From contig CAYFUP010000001.1 in assembly GCA_964346235.1 (NCBI GenBank), positions 5,136 through 69,135 of the forward strand: 64,000 nt of DNA, given 5' to 3'. Positions 48,963-58,889 of this stretch are shown here, one piece after another. Numbering within the stretch: position 1 is the first letter of the stretch; each line of letters begins with the position of its first letter. The stretch comes from an uncultured Bacteroidales bacterium (GTDB taxonomy: Bacteria > Bacteroidota > Bacteroidia > Bacteroidales > CAYFUP01). The notes beneath the pieces are model-generated. The model was not told the DNA's origin. It searched no databases and saw only the letters and a list, made by a program, of their open reading frames with translations. Both the position numbers and the translations under genes were made by a program.

Positions 48963-49583
48963 ATGAAAGGTAAGGCATCAGGAATATTTGTAATATTGAT
49001 ATGCATTCAACTGCAGGCCAGTGAAGTTATCCAGTTTCATGGTCTGGTGCTGGATGAAAGCAACGATGAGCCCCTGGAATTCGTAAACATCATACTCCAT
49101 CATAAAAAAGGCACCATATCCGATCAATTCGGCCGGTTTTCCTTCCTGGTAGATCGCCAGGACACGGTGATTTTTTCATCCATGGGCTTTAAACGAGATA
49201 CCGTTATCATCCCCGATACCTTAAAAGAGCCTTTTTACCAGGCAGAGGTTGCCCTGCGCAGAGATACCATTGCCATCGATTCAGTGGTCATCTTACCCTG
49301 GAAAAATTATAAAGAATTTAAAGAAGCTTTTCTTGAACTTGACCTGCCTGACGATGACCTTGAAAGGGCCCGGAAAAACATTGCCCTGATAAAAACCCAA
49401 ATGAAACTGGAAGGGGAACCCAATCCGGAAATCAGTTTCGATAACATGATGAAAAAACAATATCACGAAACCTTTACCTACGGGGAAATCTATCCTTATA
49501 TCAGCCTGCTCGACCCGGTTGCCTGGGCAAAATTCTTTAAGGCTATAAGAGAAGGGGATTTCAGAGATAAAGAAGAAGATTAG
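48963..49583 (+). CDS. Carboxypeptidase-regulatory-like domain protein (secreted)
   Basis: Signal peptide, then FHGLVLDESNDEPLEFVNI....KGTISDQFGRFSF. The ORF track starts at the TTG at 48960. Confidence 0.6.
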   Translation: MKGKASGIFVILICIQLQASEVIQFHGLVLDESNDEPLEFVNIILHHKKGTISDQFGRFSFLVDRQDTVIFSSMGFKRDTVIIPDTLKEPFYQAEVALRRDTIAIDSVVILPWKNYKEFKEAFLELDLPDDDLERARKNIALIKTQMKLEGEPNPEISFDNMMKKQYHETFTYGEIYPYISLLDPVAWAKFFKAIREGDFRDKEED

Positions 49584-49696
49584 CCCTCATTACTCAAATC
49601 TTTTTCAAAAATTTTATTTTACTTTTCGGCTTTATTTTTTACACCTGAACAATTTTTAACACGCTGAGTAGTTTTTTATTGAATACAGCCAAAAGA

Positions 49697-52198
49697 ATGA
49701 ACTTTGTGAGGATATTCATACCGATTCTTGTACTTTTTTGTGGATTTAGTGCCTATGGACAGGAGGTATCCGAAATAAAGGGAACCATCACCGATAATAA
49801 CGGCAAGCCGGTCTCCCTGGCCAATATTACGATAAAAGGAGAAAACAGGGGAACTGTCTCGGAGATGGACGGAAAATATTCCCTGGAGGTCGAAAATCAG
49901 GGAAAGGTTACCCTGGTTTTTTCCTGTGTGGGGTATGAAACAAAAGAAATGGAGATTATCCCCGAAGGAGAATCCCCCCTGGAGATCAACCCGGTATTGA
50001 ACTTTTCATCCAAAAGCATAGAGGAGGTATCCATCCGGAGCAGGTTTGAAAGTTCTTCGCGTTTCAACCGGATAGATGCCAAAAATGTAAAGAAAATTCC
50101 CAGCACCTCAGGAAACTTTGAAGCGGTGATCAAAACCCTTCCCGGAGTTACCTCAACCAACGAGCTTAGCTCGCAATATTCCGTCAGGGGCGGAAATTAT
50201 GACGAGAACCTGGTGTATGTGAATGACATTGAGATATACCGGCCGTTTTTAATTCGTTCCGGCAAGCAGGAAGGACTGAGTTTTATCAATTCCGATTTGA
50301 TTTCAGCCATCAAGTTTTCAGCCGGAGGCTTTGATGCTCAATATGGAGATAAGCTGTCCTCCGTACTGGACATTCAATACAAAAGACCGGTTCGATTCGG
50401 AGGTTCGGCTTCCATGAGTTTTTTAGGCGCTAATACGCACCTGGAAGGCATTTCTGACAACCGGAAGTTTACTTACATTGCCGGTGCCCGGTATAAAACC
50501 AATCAGTACATGCTCAACAGTCTGGCCACCCAAGGGGAATATGAACCAAATTTTGGTGATTTTCAAAGTTTTATGACATATGACCTTAGTCCCTCTTTAG
50601 AAATCAACTTTTTGGGATATTACTCCCTGAACAGTTACAGGTTTTACCCGGATGAGCTGAAAGAATCTTTCGGGACATTTAATAACCCTTTAAGCCTGAA
50701 CATCTATTATGACGGAGGTGAGGTTGACCGGTATCAGACCTTTACCGGTGCATTATCCATGATTTATCAACCCATGGAAGATTTGAACCTGAAATTTATT
50801 GCATCCGGATTTCAAACCGATGAGCGTGAAACCTTTGATATTCAGGGGCAGTACTTTATCAATCAGCTGGATGCAGATATTGGTTCGGGAGAATACGGGG
50901 ACAGCCTCCTGAACATTGGCGTCGGAACATTTTTGGATCATGCGCGCAATCATTTGAATGCCAGGGTATTGTCATTTAGCCATAAAGGAAGTTTTACGAA
51001 CGATCTGAGAAAAACCCAATGGGGTCTGAAAGTTAGAAAAGAATACATTCAGGATGAGATGAATGAATGGCGAATGATCGATTCGGCCGGATTTTCCATC
51101 CCCCATAACGAATATTTTGCTTTTAGCGGGGACAGCATCATCATTGTACCCCCATCATCCGTGCCCATATTTCATAATGTAAAATCTTCATCCGACATCA
51201 ATGCCACCCGGTTTACTGCTTATTTACAAAACATTTATTCCTTTAAGATTCTGCAATCCGAATTCGGGGTCACCCTCGGGGCCCGGACCCATTATTGGGA
51301 TGTCAACCGGGAATTGCTGATTAGTCCCCGTGCCTCGGTTTCATACAATCCTTTCTGGGCACCCCGCCTATTGTTTTATTTTTCCTCCGGGGTTTATTAC
51401 CAGCCTCCTTTTTTTAAAGAATTACGCGACTTAAAAGGCAGAATAAATAAAGACATCAAGGCTCAAAAGTCAATCCATTACGTTCTTTCAGGAGAATACT
51501 CCTTTACAGCATGGAACCGGCCTTTTAAATGGACCACCGATGTATATTACAAAGAACTCGACAACCTTATTCCTTATAAAATCGATAATGTTCAAATCAG
51601 GTACTCCGATGAAAACAAAGCAAAAGGGTATGCCACCGGACTTGATATGAACATCAACGGAGAATTCGTGGAGGGAATGGAATCCTGGGCAAGCTTGTCC
51701 GTTCTAAGCACCAAAGCCAACATTCCCAACGATTTCTATTTTACCAGGGAAGGTGAAATGGTGGAACCGGGGAAATATCCCAGGCCGACTGATCAGCTTT
51801 TTAATTTCAGTTTGTTTTTCCAGGACTACCTGCCCAACAACCCATCCTATAAAATGTCACTTAACCTGGCCTATGGAAGCCGTATTCCCTTTAGCTCGCC
51901 TTTCTCCGACAGGTTTGATAAAGGCGTACAGGTGGAGTTACCTCCCTATAAGCGGGTGGATATTGGTTTTTCGAAAATATTCAAGCAATCCGGTCAGACG
52001 GCAAGCTGGGATTTTCTGAATCATTTTAACCAGGTATGGCTGAGTGCAGAAGTCTTTAACCTTTTTGGCATCAGAAATGCCATCTCCTACATGTGGGTCA
52101 AGACCCTCAGCAACCAGGCAGGCGTTCCAAAAGAATTTGTGGTAGCCAATCACCTGACTTCAAGGAGAATAAACCTTAAATTGAATGTAGAATTTTAA
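49697..52198 (+). CDS. TonB-dependent outer-membrane receptor with N-terminal carboxypeptidase-regulatory-like domain
   Basis: Signal peptide MNFVRIFIPILVLFCGFSAYGQ, then GTITDNNGKPVSLANITI, a plug region (VRGG..DENLVYVNDIEIY) and a beta-barrel ending in an aromatic residue (VEF). Confidence 0.85.
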   Translation: MNFVRIFIPILVLFCGFSAYGQEVSEIKGTITDNNGKPVSLANITIKGENRGTVSEMDGKYSLEVENQGKVTLVFSCVGYETKEMEIIPEGESPLEINPVLNFSSKSIEEVSIRSRFESSSRFNRIDAKNVKKIPSTSGNFEAVIKTLPGVTSTNELSSQYSVRGGNYDENLVYVNDIEIYRPFLIRSGKQEGLSFINSDLISAIKFSAGGFDAQYGDKLSSVLDIQYKRPVRFGGSASMSFLGANTHLEGISDNRKFTYIAGARYKTNQYMLNSLATQGEYEPNFGDFQSFMTYDLSPSLEINFLGYYSLNSYRFYPDELKESFGTFNNPLSLNIYYDGGEVDRYQTFTGALSMIYQPMEDLNLKFIASGFQTDERETFDIQGQYFINQLDADIGSGEYGDSLLNIGVGTFLDHARNHLNARVLSFSHKGSFTNDLRKTQWGLKVRKEYIQDEMNEWRMIDSAGFSIPHNEYFAFSGDSIIIVPPSSVPIFHNVKSSSDINATRFTAYLQNIYSFKILQSEFGVTLGARTHYWDVNRELLISPRASVSYNPFWAPRLLFYFSSGVYYQPPFFKELRDLKGRINKDIKAQKSIHYVLSGEYSFTAWNRPFKWTTDVYYKELDNLIPYKIDNVQIRYSDENKAKGYATGLDMNINGEFVEGMESWASLSVLSTKANIPNDFYFTREGEMVEPGKYPRPTDQLFNFSLFFQDYLPNNPSYKMSLNLAYGSRIPFSSPFSDRFDKGVQVELPPYKRVDIGFSKIFKQSGQTASWDFLNHFNQVWLSAEVFNLFGIRNAISYMWVKTLSNQAGVPKEFVVANHLTSRRINLKLNVEF

Positions 52199-52253
52199 CC
52201 ATTCAAAAAATACATTGTTATATTAAAAATAATAAGTTTGTACAAAAACCGAT

Positions 52254-54626
52254 ATGAAAGACAAGCATTTTCCATACCAGTTTGCCATAATGGCCATGAT
52301 TGTCCTAATACTAATAAGTTGTAAAAATATGATGAATAAAAATCGATCTGACGAAATGATTGAAACCTTCTATGTGGATTCATCCGTGGATCCGGGAAAA
52401 GATTTTTACCGGTTTGCCAATGCCGGCTGGCTCAAAAACACCGAAATACCTGAAGATTATAGTCGTTATGGGGTGTTTGAAGAATTGATGGAAAAAAACC
52501 AGGAAGATTTAAAATATATTTTTGAGTTAACCGTCGAAAAAAACCACCCAAATGGTTCGAAAGAACAAAAGATGGCCGATTTTTATTTATCCGGACTGGA
52601 TACAGTTAGCATTGAATCGCATGGCAAAGCGCCCCTGGATCCCATTTTTACGAAAATCAATGCCCTGGTTGAAGAAGGTCAAAAAGAAGCACTGCTTGCC
52701 TTTTTACATGAATACCAGATCAATGCCTTTTTCAACCTGTTTGTCGGTCAGGATGCCAAAAGCAGTCAGGATATGATTTTAAATCTCTATCAGGGAGGTT
52801 TGGGACTGCCTGACAGGGATTATTATTTTTCAGAAGATTCCAGGTCTGAAAACATCAGGGATTATTACCACGCGCATTTGGGAAATATGTTTCAGTCGAT
52901 TGAGCTGAACAATTATTCAGAACAGATTTACATGCTGGAGAAGGGATTGGCCGGAGCATCCATGACCCGTCTTGAAAGGAGGAATCCCTATAACACTTAT
53001 CATAAGATGCCATTGGATTCCCTGCAGGAACTGGCACCCGATTTTGACTGGGCAGCCTATTTTCATCATTTGGGAATTGACAACCCGGGCGGAATAAATG
53101 TCGGTCAGCCGGAATTTTTTAAAACATTCAACCGTATCATCAGCGATATCAGTCAGGAAAAACTAAAAGCCTACGCCAAGATTAATGTGATGCGGAAGGC
53201 AGCGCCCTATTTAAATGCTGAAATAGAACAGGAACATTTTGACTTTTACGGAAAGAAGTTGTCCGGTAAGCAAAAGCAGAGGCCCAGATGGAAACGGGTA
53301 ATCAGCGCCACCAACAATTACCTTGGGGAATTGGTCGGACAGGTGTATGTAGAGCACTTCTTTCCACCGGAAGCGAAAGCACGCATGGAAGATATGATTA
53401 AAAACCTGAAAGCTTCATTGCATGAAAGGATCCAGGGACTCACCTGGATGAGTGAAGAAACGAAAAAGGAAGCGCTGGCCAAGTTGGAAGTGATGAATGT
53501 GAAGATAGGGTACCCGGATAGCTGGAAGGATTATTCCAGTCTGCAGGTGTCCAGGGACAGTTACATAGCCAATGTCATGGAAGGCAGGAAGTTTGATTTC
53601 CATGACAACCTTTCCAAACTGGGAAAGAAAGTAGATCCCGATGAATGGCACATGTATCCTCAAACGGTCAATGCGTATTACAATCCATACTCCAATGAAA
53701 TTGTGTTTCCGGCGGCCATCCTGCAACCACCTTTTTTCAATATGGCAGCAGATGATGCGGTCAACTACGGGGCCATCGGTGTGGTTATCGGTCATGAAAT
53801 GACTCATGGATTCGATGATATGGGAAGAAAGTTTTCCAAAGAAGGCAATCTGGAAAACTGGTGGACCAAAGAAGATGAAGAACGTTTTAATGAGAGAACC
53901 CGTTTGCTTGTGGGGCAATACAATCGTTTCATGGTTTTTGATTCACTGAATCTGGGAGTTGACGGAGAGCTGACATTGGGTGAAAACATTGCGGACGTTG
54001 GAGGCTTAAAAGTTGCCTATCATGCATTGTTAAAAGCCATGGGAGAAGAAACAGATGAAGGCAATGCGGTATCAAGGATGAAAAAATCGGCGGTTGCCGG
54101 GGAGAAATCCGCAGATGCCTCGGAAAAAACAGCAGTTGACCCAAAAGATTCAGCAGTTGGTTCAGAACAATCATTAATTGCTGCGGAAAAATCAGCCATT
54201 TCATCGGAAGAGCCGGCCATTGAGGATAATAAATCAACCACCCGAGAAGAGAATGACAAGGTATCAGAAAGAGGCAAGACAACGGAAACAGATCAGCAGG
54301 AGAAAAATCGACGAGAGAAAACCCAGCATGAAAAATCCCATCAGGACAAAACTCAGCAAAAGGATAGCCAACAAGAAAAGATTCAACAAGAGAAAATTCA
54401 CGGTTTAACATACCAGCAGCGGTTTTTCCTTTCCTATGCAAATATATGGCGGCAACACATCAGGGAAGAAGAATTGATGAGGCGTTTAAGGGAGGATGTG
54501 CATTCCCCCGGCAAATACCGGGTAAACGGCGCCCTTTTTAACATCCCTGAGTTCTACACTGCTTTTCAGATAGACAAAGAAGATCACCTCTACCTGTCCC
54601 CGGAAGAAAGGGCGAAGATTTGGTGA
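52254..54626 (+). CDS. pepO: M13-family zinc metallopeptidase (PepO/neprilysin-like) with a ~120-aa low-complexity insertion
   Basis: VIGHEMTHGFD (HExxH), GENIADVGG (ExxxD), NAYY and a C-terminal ...VNGALFNIPEFYTAF. The insertion lies between ENIAD and the GLT..Q.FF..YA..W segment. Confidence 0.9.
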   Translation: MKDKHFPYQFAIMAMIVLILISCKNMMNKNRSDEMIETFYVDSSVDPGKDFYRFANAGWLKNTEIPEDYSRYGVFEELMEKNQEDLKYIFELTVEKNHPNGSKEQKMADFYLSGLDTVSIESHGKAPLDPIFTKINALVEEGQKEALLAFLHEYQINAFFNLFVGQDAKSSQDMILNLYQGGLGLPDRDYYFSEDSRSENIRDYYHAHLGNMFQSIELNNYSEQIYMLEKGLAGASMTRLERRNPYNTYHKMPLDSLQELAPDFDWAAYFHHLGIDNPGGINVGQPEFFKTFNRIISDISQEKLKAYAKINVMRKAAPYLNAEIEQEHFDFYGKKLSGKQKQRPRWKRVISATNNYLGELVGQVYVEHFFPPEAKARMEDMIKNLKASLHERIQGLTWMSEETKKEALAKLEVMNVKIGYPDSWKDYSSLQVSRDSYIANVMEGRKFDFHDNLSKLGKKVDPDEWHMYPQTVNAYYNPYSNEIVFPAAILQPPFFNMAADDAVNYGAIGVVIGHEMTHGFDDMGRKFSKEGNLENWWTKEDEERFNERTRLLVGQYNRFMVFDSLNLGVDGELTLGENIADVGGLKVAYHALLKAMGEETDEGNAVSRMKKSAVAGEKSADASEKTAVDPKDSAVGSEQSLIAAEKSAISSEEPAIEDNKSTTREENDKVSERGKTTETDQQEKNRREKTQHEKSHQDKTQQKDSQQEKIQQEKIHGLTYQQRFFLSYANIWRQHIREEELMRRLREDVHSPGKYRVNGALFNIPEFYTAFQIDKEDHLYLSPEERAKIW

Positions 54627-54879
54627 TGAATATGGATTAGATAATCAAGCAGTTACAAATTAAAGCCCGGCATAAAATCTAAAGGAGAAAACGGCTGACG
54701 AACAATAAAAAAATCCGGGAAAACCGGGGTGGTGACTCCGGCGGGATTATATTAACACCGGTCATTCGGTTTTACCTTCCCTTTTAACCGATTTTAATCG
54801 CTCAATAGCCAAAAAGCTTACGAAAAGAGCCAGGATGATTTGCAGTTGATCTGCGATACCAAAATTCAGGACTTAATAA

Positions 54880-54940
54880 ATCAAAGACTCAAGTTTCGGA
54901 GCAACTTTAACGCAGTTATTGACGTGTTCTTAGAGCCACT
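54880..54940. repeat. Partial, inverted fragment of repeat family R1
   Basis: cgcagttattgacgtgttcttagagccact is the reverse complement of the R1 copy-2 left end, with one mismatch. Weaker similarity extends ~30 bp further left. Confidence 0.65.
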
Positions 54941-55248
54941 AGTTAAAATGAATAGAAGCAAAATATGAAATTTTATAATTATAATTATATTGAATTATGC
55001 ATTTCCTAAAATCCGCAGGTCAATAAAAAAAATTTGGCAGGCGGATTTTAGCTTATAACAAAATGTATGATATAAATCATTGAATCTGCATAAACTTTTA
55101 TCATGCCTGTCTTGCTTTATGATTTTTAAAATATAAGAATCATTGATTCATCAATCCATATGGTAAATTTACCAATATTATTATTTGGGCTTCTTATTTT
55201 TTTATATATTTAGAACCTGATTTGGATGTTACATGCATAACATTTAAC

Positions 55249-56997
55249 ATGTTTAAACTGAACAAGATATTACCCAATATCATTCATAAATCTGCAGGTA
55301 AGCTAAGTAATGGACAGGGAATCAAAATGGCCGGATTATACTGGTTTAGTCTATTCACGCTGTTTTTTATTTTATGGTTCAGCATTACCAGCATTTTGAG
55401 TAATCAAATGATTTATGGTTTTATCCTGTTGGGAGCATTCTTTTTATTGTTGGTTAATCTGATTTACACCATCAGAAAGAAGTATTACAGTCCGGGCAAT
55501 TATCTCTATATTATCATCGCGGGGTTGTTGATTTTGTATGTGCTGACTTTGGAGCAGCATGAAACCAACGGCATCTGGGTTTCTTTTTTTCCGTTGGCAA
55601 TATATTTGTTGGCAGAGAAAAAATACAGAAATCTCATTTCAGCCCTTTTTGTGGGCCTGGTAATCATTGTTCTTTTTTTACTGCCGGTTTTTGAACTTTT
55701 CAGTCTCACTTATAACTTTTTCCATAGAATCGTCATGGTCATCGCCCCGGTGGGAATGCACCTGATCATATTTACTTTGGATTATTTCTACCGAACAGAA
55801 ATAGAGAGAATGAACAACGAGATTGAATCTGCTAAGAAAAAAAATTCTGAAAAGGATTCGTTTTTATCAAAACTCTCCCACCAGGTCAGAACCTTGTTAA
55901 ATAACATTGTGGTGGTGACCAATTTACTGGATAATACGACCCTGGAAAAAAAACAAAAAGACCTGATTGAAACCATTCAGGCCTCTGCCAACAATCTGGC
56001 TGATGCCATCAATAATATTTCTGAGCTTTCGAAACTGGATGTCATAGAAAGCATTGATTACGATGTTGAATTTGATTTATTCTCTACCATTTCCAATACC
56101 CTGAACTTATTTACCAAGCAGGACGGCGCCCAGAATCTTATATTTGATATTGATGCCCCGGACGATATCCCAAGGCATGTTATTGGCAATCCAATCAAAA
56201 TCAAACAGATATTTCTGAACCTGATAGAAAACTTGCTAAAGAATAAATCTGGCAGCAATGCTGAATTTATAATCAGGATAAGCGATCAGGGAGAAATGGA
56301 CAACCTGATAAAACTCCATCTTGAAATAATCAGTTCCCAGCCCATACAAATTCAATACAGCAAAGCCCAGCGACAGTTTATAACAAGTTCCAGAAACCTG
56401 CAGGAAACCAACTTATCAGAGCTGATCAACGTTCTGGATCTGGCCATTGCCAATCGATTAATCGAACAAAAAGGAGGAAAGCTGGAAATAAAAAACACGT
56501 CCAACAGTTCTGCCTTCTTATTCGATTACACATTCATTAAAGCATCAGAAGAGGAAGAAAAACCAGAAGAAGCGGAATCCTTCATTAGCAGTAAGAAGAA
56601 ACCAAAAGTTGCACTCGAAGATTCGAACATACTGTTGGTAGAGGACAACCTCATTAATCAGAAGATCATCATGCTCAGCCTGAAAAAACGTGTTAAAAAC
56701 ATTGACATTGCTAATAATGGAAAAGAAGCCCTGGATTTATTCGGGTCTTCAAAATATGATTTAATATTAATGGATATTCAAATGCCGATAATGAATGGTC
56801 TGGTAACCGCCAAAAAAATCCGTGAAATAGAAGCCAGCACCAATTCGCATACCCCCATCATTGCCATCACCGCCAACGCCCTTCTTGGGGATAAAGAAAA
56901 TTGCCTGGCTGCAGGCATGGATGACTATATCAGTAAACCGTTTCAAATAGAGGTGTTAACCAAAAAGATACATGAACAACTTGAGCGGGAAATCTAA
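55249..56997 (+). CDS. Hybrid sensor histidine kinase/response regulator with a degenerate ATP-binding domain
   Basis: N-terminal TM segments, H-box FLSKLSHQVRT, and an intact REC domain (LLVEDN..., LILMDIQMP, ISKP). The G1 and G2 glycine boxes are not recognisable. The ORF track starts at the TTG at 55222. Confidence 0.8.
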   Translation: MFKLNKILPNIIHKSAGKLSNGQGIKMAGLYWFSLFTLFFILWFSITSILSNQMIYGFILLGAFFLLLVNLIYTIRKKYYSPGNYLYIIIAGLLILYVLTLEQHETNGIWVSFFPLAIYLLAEKKYRNLISALFVGLVIIVLFLLPVFELFSLTYNFFHRIVMVIAPVGMHLIIFTLDYFYRTEIERMNNEIESAKKKNSEKDSFLSKLSHQVRTLLNNIVVVTNLLDNTTLEKKQKDLIETIQASANNLADAINNISELSKLDVIESIDYDVEFDLFSTISNTLNLFTKQDGAQNLIFDIDAPDDIPRHVIGNPIKIKQIFLNLIENLLKNKSGSNAEFIIRISDQGEMDNLIKLHLEIISSQPIQIQYSKAQRQFITSSRNLQETNLSELINVLDLAIANRLIEQKGGKLEIKNTSNSSAFLFDYTFIKASEEEEKPEEAESFISSKKKPKVALEDSNILLVEDNLINQKIIMLSLKKRVKNIDIANNGKEALDLFGSSKYDLILMDIQMPIMNGLVTAKKIREIEASTNSHTPIIAITANALLGDKENCLAAGMDDYISKPFQIEVLTKKIHEQLEREI

Positions 56998-56999
56998 AT

Positions 57000-57123
57000 A
57001 GTGGCTCTAAGAAAACGTCAATAACTGCGTTATGCTCCCCTTAAGCACCAGTCATTTACGATTAGTAAACTCCTGGCACTTAAGGCTTGCATGCCTTGTT
57101 CTTGACGCCTTCTTAGAACCACT
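57000..57123. repeat. Intergenic repeat family R1, copy 2
   Basis: By eye, roughly 90 percent identical to 18391..18515. It begins 3 nt after the stop codon of the hybrid kinase. Confidence 0.85.
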
Positions 57124-57336
57124 AATTAAGTACCTGCAGAAGGCCTTGCCCCGATATGGAATAGGTCCTTCAAAAGTCTTTGACTTTGGTGGCACTATTT
57201 AAAACGTTAAAGCAAAACCCCGAAAATTCCGGATTTTTTATTGGAAGAACAATAATCCCTCCACCCTTATTCTTTTAAACAAATTTCTTTTAAATTTGCT
57301 AAATTATTTACTAGTCATCATCTAAACCTTAAAACT

Positions 57337-58797
57337 ATGCCGGACAATCTGCAAACCCTTAGACCGAAAAACATTTGGAAGAATTTTGAGGAACTTTGTA
57401 AAATTCCAAGGCCTTCCAAAAAAGAACAGCAAGTAGCTTCCTTTATAAAAAACTTTGCTGAAAACCTAAATCTTGATTACAAGGAGGACGAAACAGGCAA
57501 TATTGTGGTAAAAAAGCCCGCCACACCAGGCATGGAAAACAAGAAAAAAGTAATCCTGCAGGGACACCTCGATATGGTGCCCCAAAAAAACATGGATAAA
57601 GAGCATGATTTTGAAAAAGACCCGATTGAGCCAATCATCGACGGGGATTGGGTTAAGGCCAACGGGACAACCCTTGGTGCTGATAATGGAATTGGAGTAG
57701 CCGCAGCCATGGCAGTCCTGGAATCGAAAGACCTCCCCCACCCCTCTGTGGAGGCCTTATTCACCATGGACGAGGAATCAGGGATGACCGGGGCTTTCGG
57801 GTTAAAACCAGGATTTCTGGATGGAGACATTTTGCTGAATATGGACTCAGAAGAAGACGGCGAACTGATCATCGGATGTGCGGGAGGAATGAATTCATCG
57901 GCTGAATTTGCTTTGCCCAACGTGAAAACCCGCGATGGTTCGGCATACTTTCATATTGCAGTGCAGGGACTCAAAGGAGGACACTCCGGAACTGAAATAA
58001 ACATTGGCCGGGGCAATGCCAATAAAATATTGATAAGGTTGATTTGGGAAACTTATCGGCTTTTCGATATTCAGGTAAGCAAAATCGAAGGAGGAGGCAT
58101 GCGCAACGCCATCCCCCGGGAAGCTTTTGCATGGATTGCCATCCCTGAAAACAAAGCGAAACCTTTTAAATCCTATTTTCAGCAATTTACCCAAAAAGTA
58201 AAATCCGAATTACAGTCCAGTGAACCCGATTTATACCTCACCCTCAAAGAAACCAAAGCTTTTTCCAATGTCTTTGAAACTTCGGTACAACAAAAAATCA
58301 TCAATGCCGTGTATGCCTGTCCCCATGGAGTAATCAGGTCAACACCCGGCATGCCTGAAGCTCCGGAAACTTCTACCAATTTGGCTTCATTGCAAACCAA
58401 TGAAAACAATTTCAAAGTTTTTAGTCTCATGAGAAGTTCGGTGGATACCGCCAAAGAGGATTTGGGCAACCAGATGAAAGCCCTCTTTGAACTGGCAGGG
58501 GCCAAAGTAGAAAATTCCGGTGCTTATCCGGGATGGCAGCCAAAACCGGATTCTTCCATTTTAAAGGTGATGCAGGACATATACGTCAAAAAATTCAAGG
58601 AACAACCGAAAGTGGAAGCCATCCATGCCGGACTGGAATGCGGAATCATTGGCAGTGTTTATCCAAACCTAGATATGATATCATTCGGACCGACCATCCA
58701 GTTTCCCCATTCGCCGGATGAAAGGGTGAAAATAAAAGCAGTTGAAAAATTCTGGGATTACCTGACTGAAGCCTTGAAAAACATTCCGGAAAAATAA
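57337..58797 (+). CDS. pepD: Aminoacyl-histidine (Xaa-His) dipeptidase PepD, M20 family
   Basis: 486 aa with LQGHLDMV, GADNGIG, FT.DEE.GM.GA and a C-terminal GP....PHSPDERV. Confidence 0.9.
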   Translation: MPDNLQTLRPKNIWKNFEELCKIPRPSKKEQQVASFIKNFAENLNLDYKEDETGNIVVKKPATPGMENKKKVILQGHLDMVPQKNMDKEHDFEKDPIEPIIDGDWVKANGTTLGADNGIGVAAAMAVLESKDLPHPSVEALFTMDEESGMTGAFGLKPGFLDGDILLNMDSEEDGELIIGCAGGMNSSAEFALPNVKTRDGSAYFHIAVQGLKGGHSGTEINIGRGNANKILIRLIWETYRLFDIQVSKIEGGGMRNAIPREAFAWIAIPENKAKPFKSYFQQFTQKVKSELQSSEPDLYLTLKETKAFSNVFETSVQQKIINAVYACPHGVIRSTPGMPEAPETSTNLASLQTNENNFKVFSLMRSSVDTAKEDLGNQMKALFELAGAKVENSGAYPGWQPKPDSSILKVMQDIYVKKFKEQPKVEAIHAGLECGIIGSVYPNLDMISFGPTIQFPHSPDERVKIKAVEKFWDYLTEALKNIPEK

Positions 58798-58889
58798 TCT
58801 GCTGATAGCAACCCAAACCATAAACGCTGAATCACAACCAATAAAAAGCAATATCGCACCCTAATAATTAAGTAGATTTAATAGCCATC

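Noticed and set aside
53415-54441. Two long minus-strand ORFs (167 aa and 170 aa) inside the M13 peptidase gene
   Set aside because: The plus-strand frame carries the HExxH and ENIAD motifs. The antisense ORFs have no motifs and span the low-complexity insert, which is free of stops in several frames.
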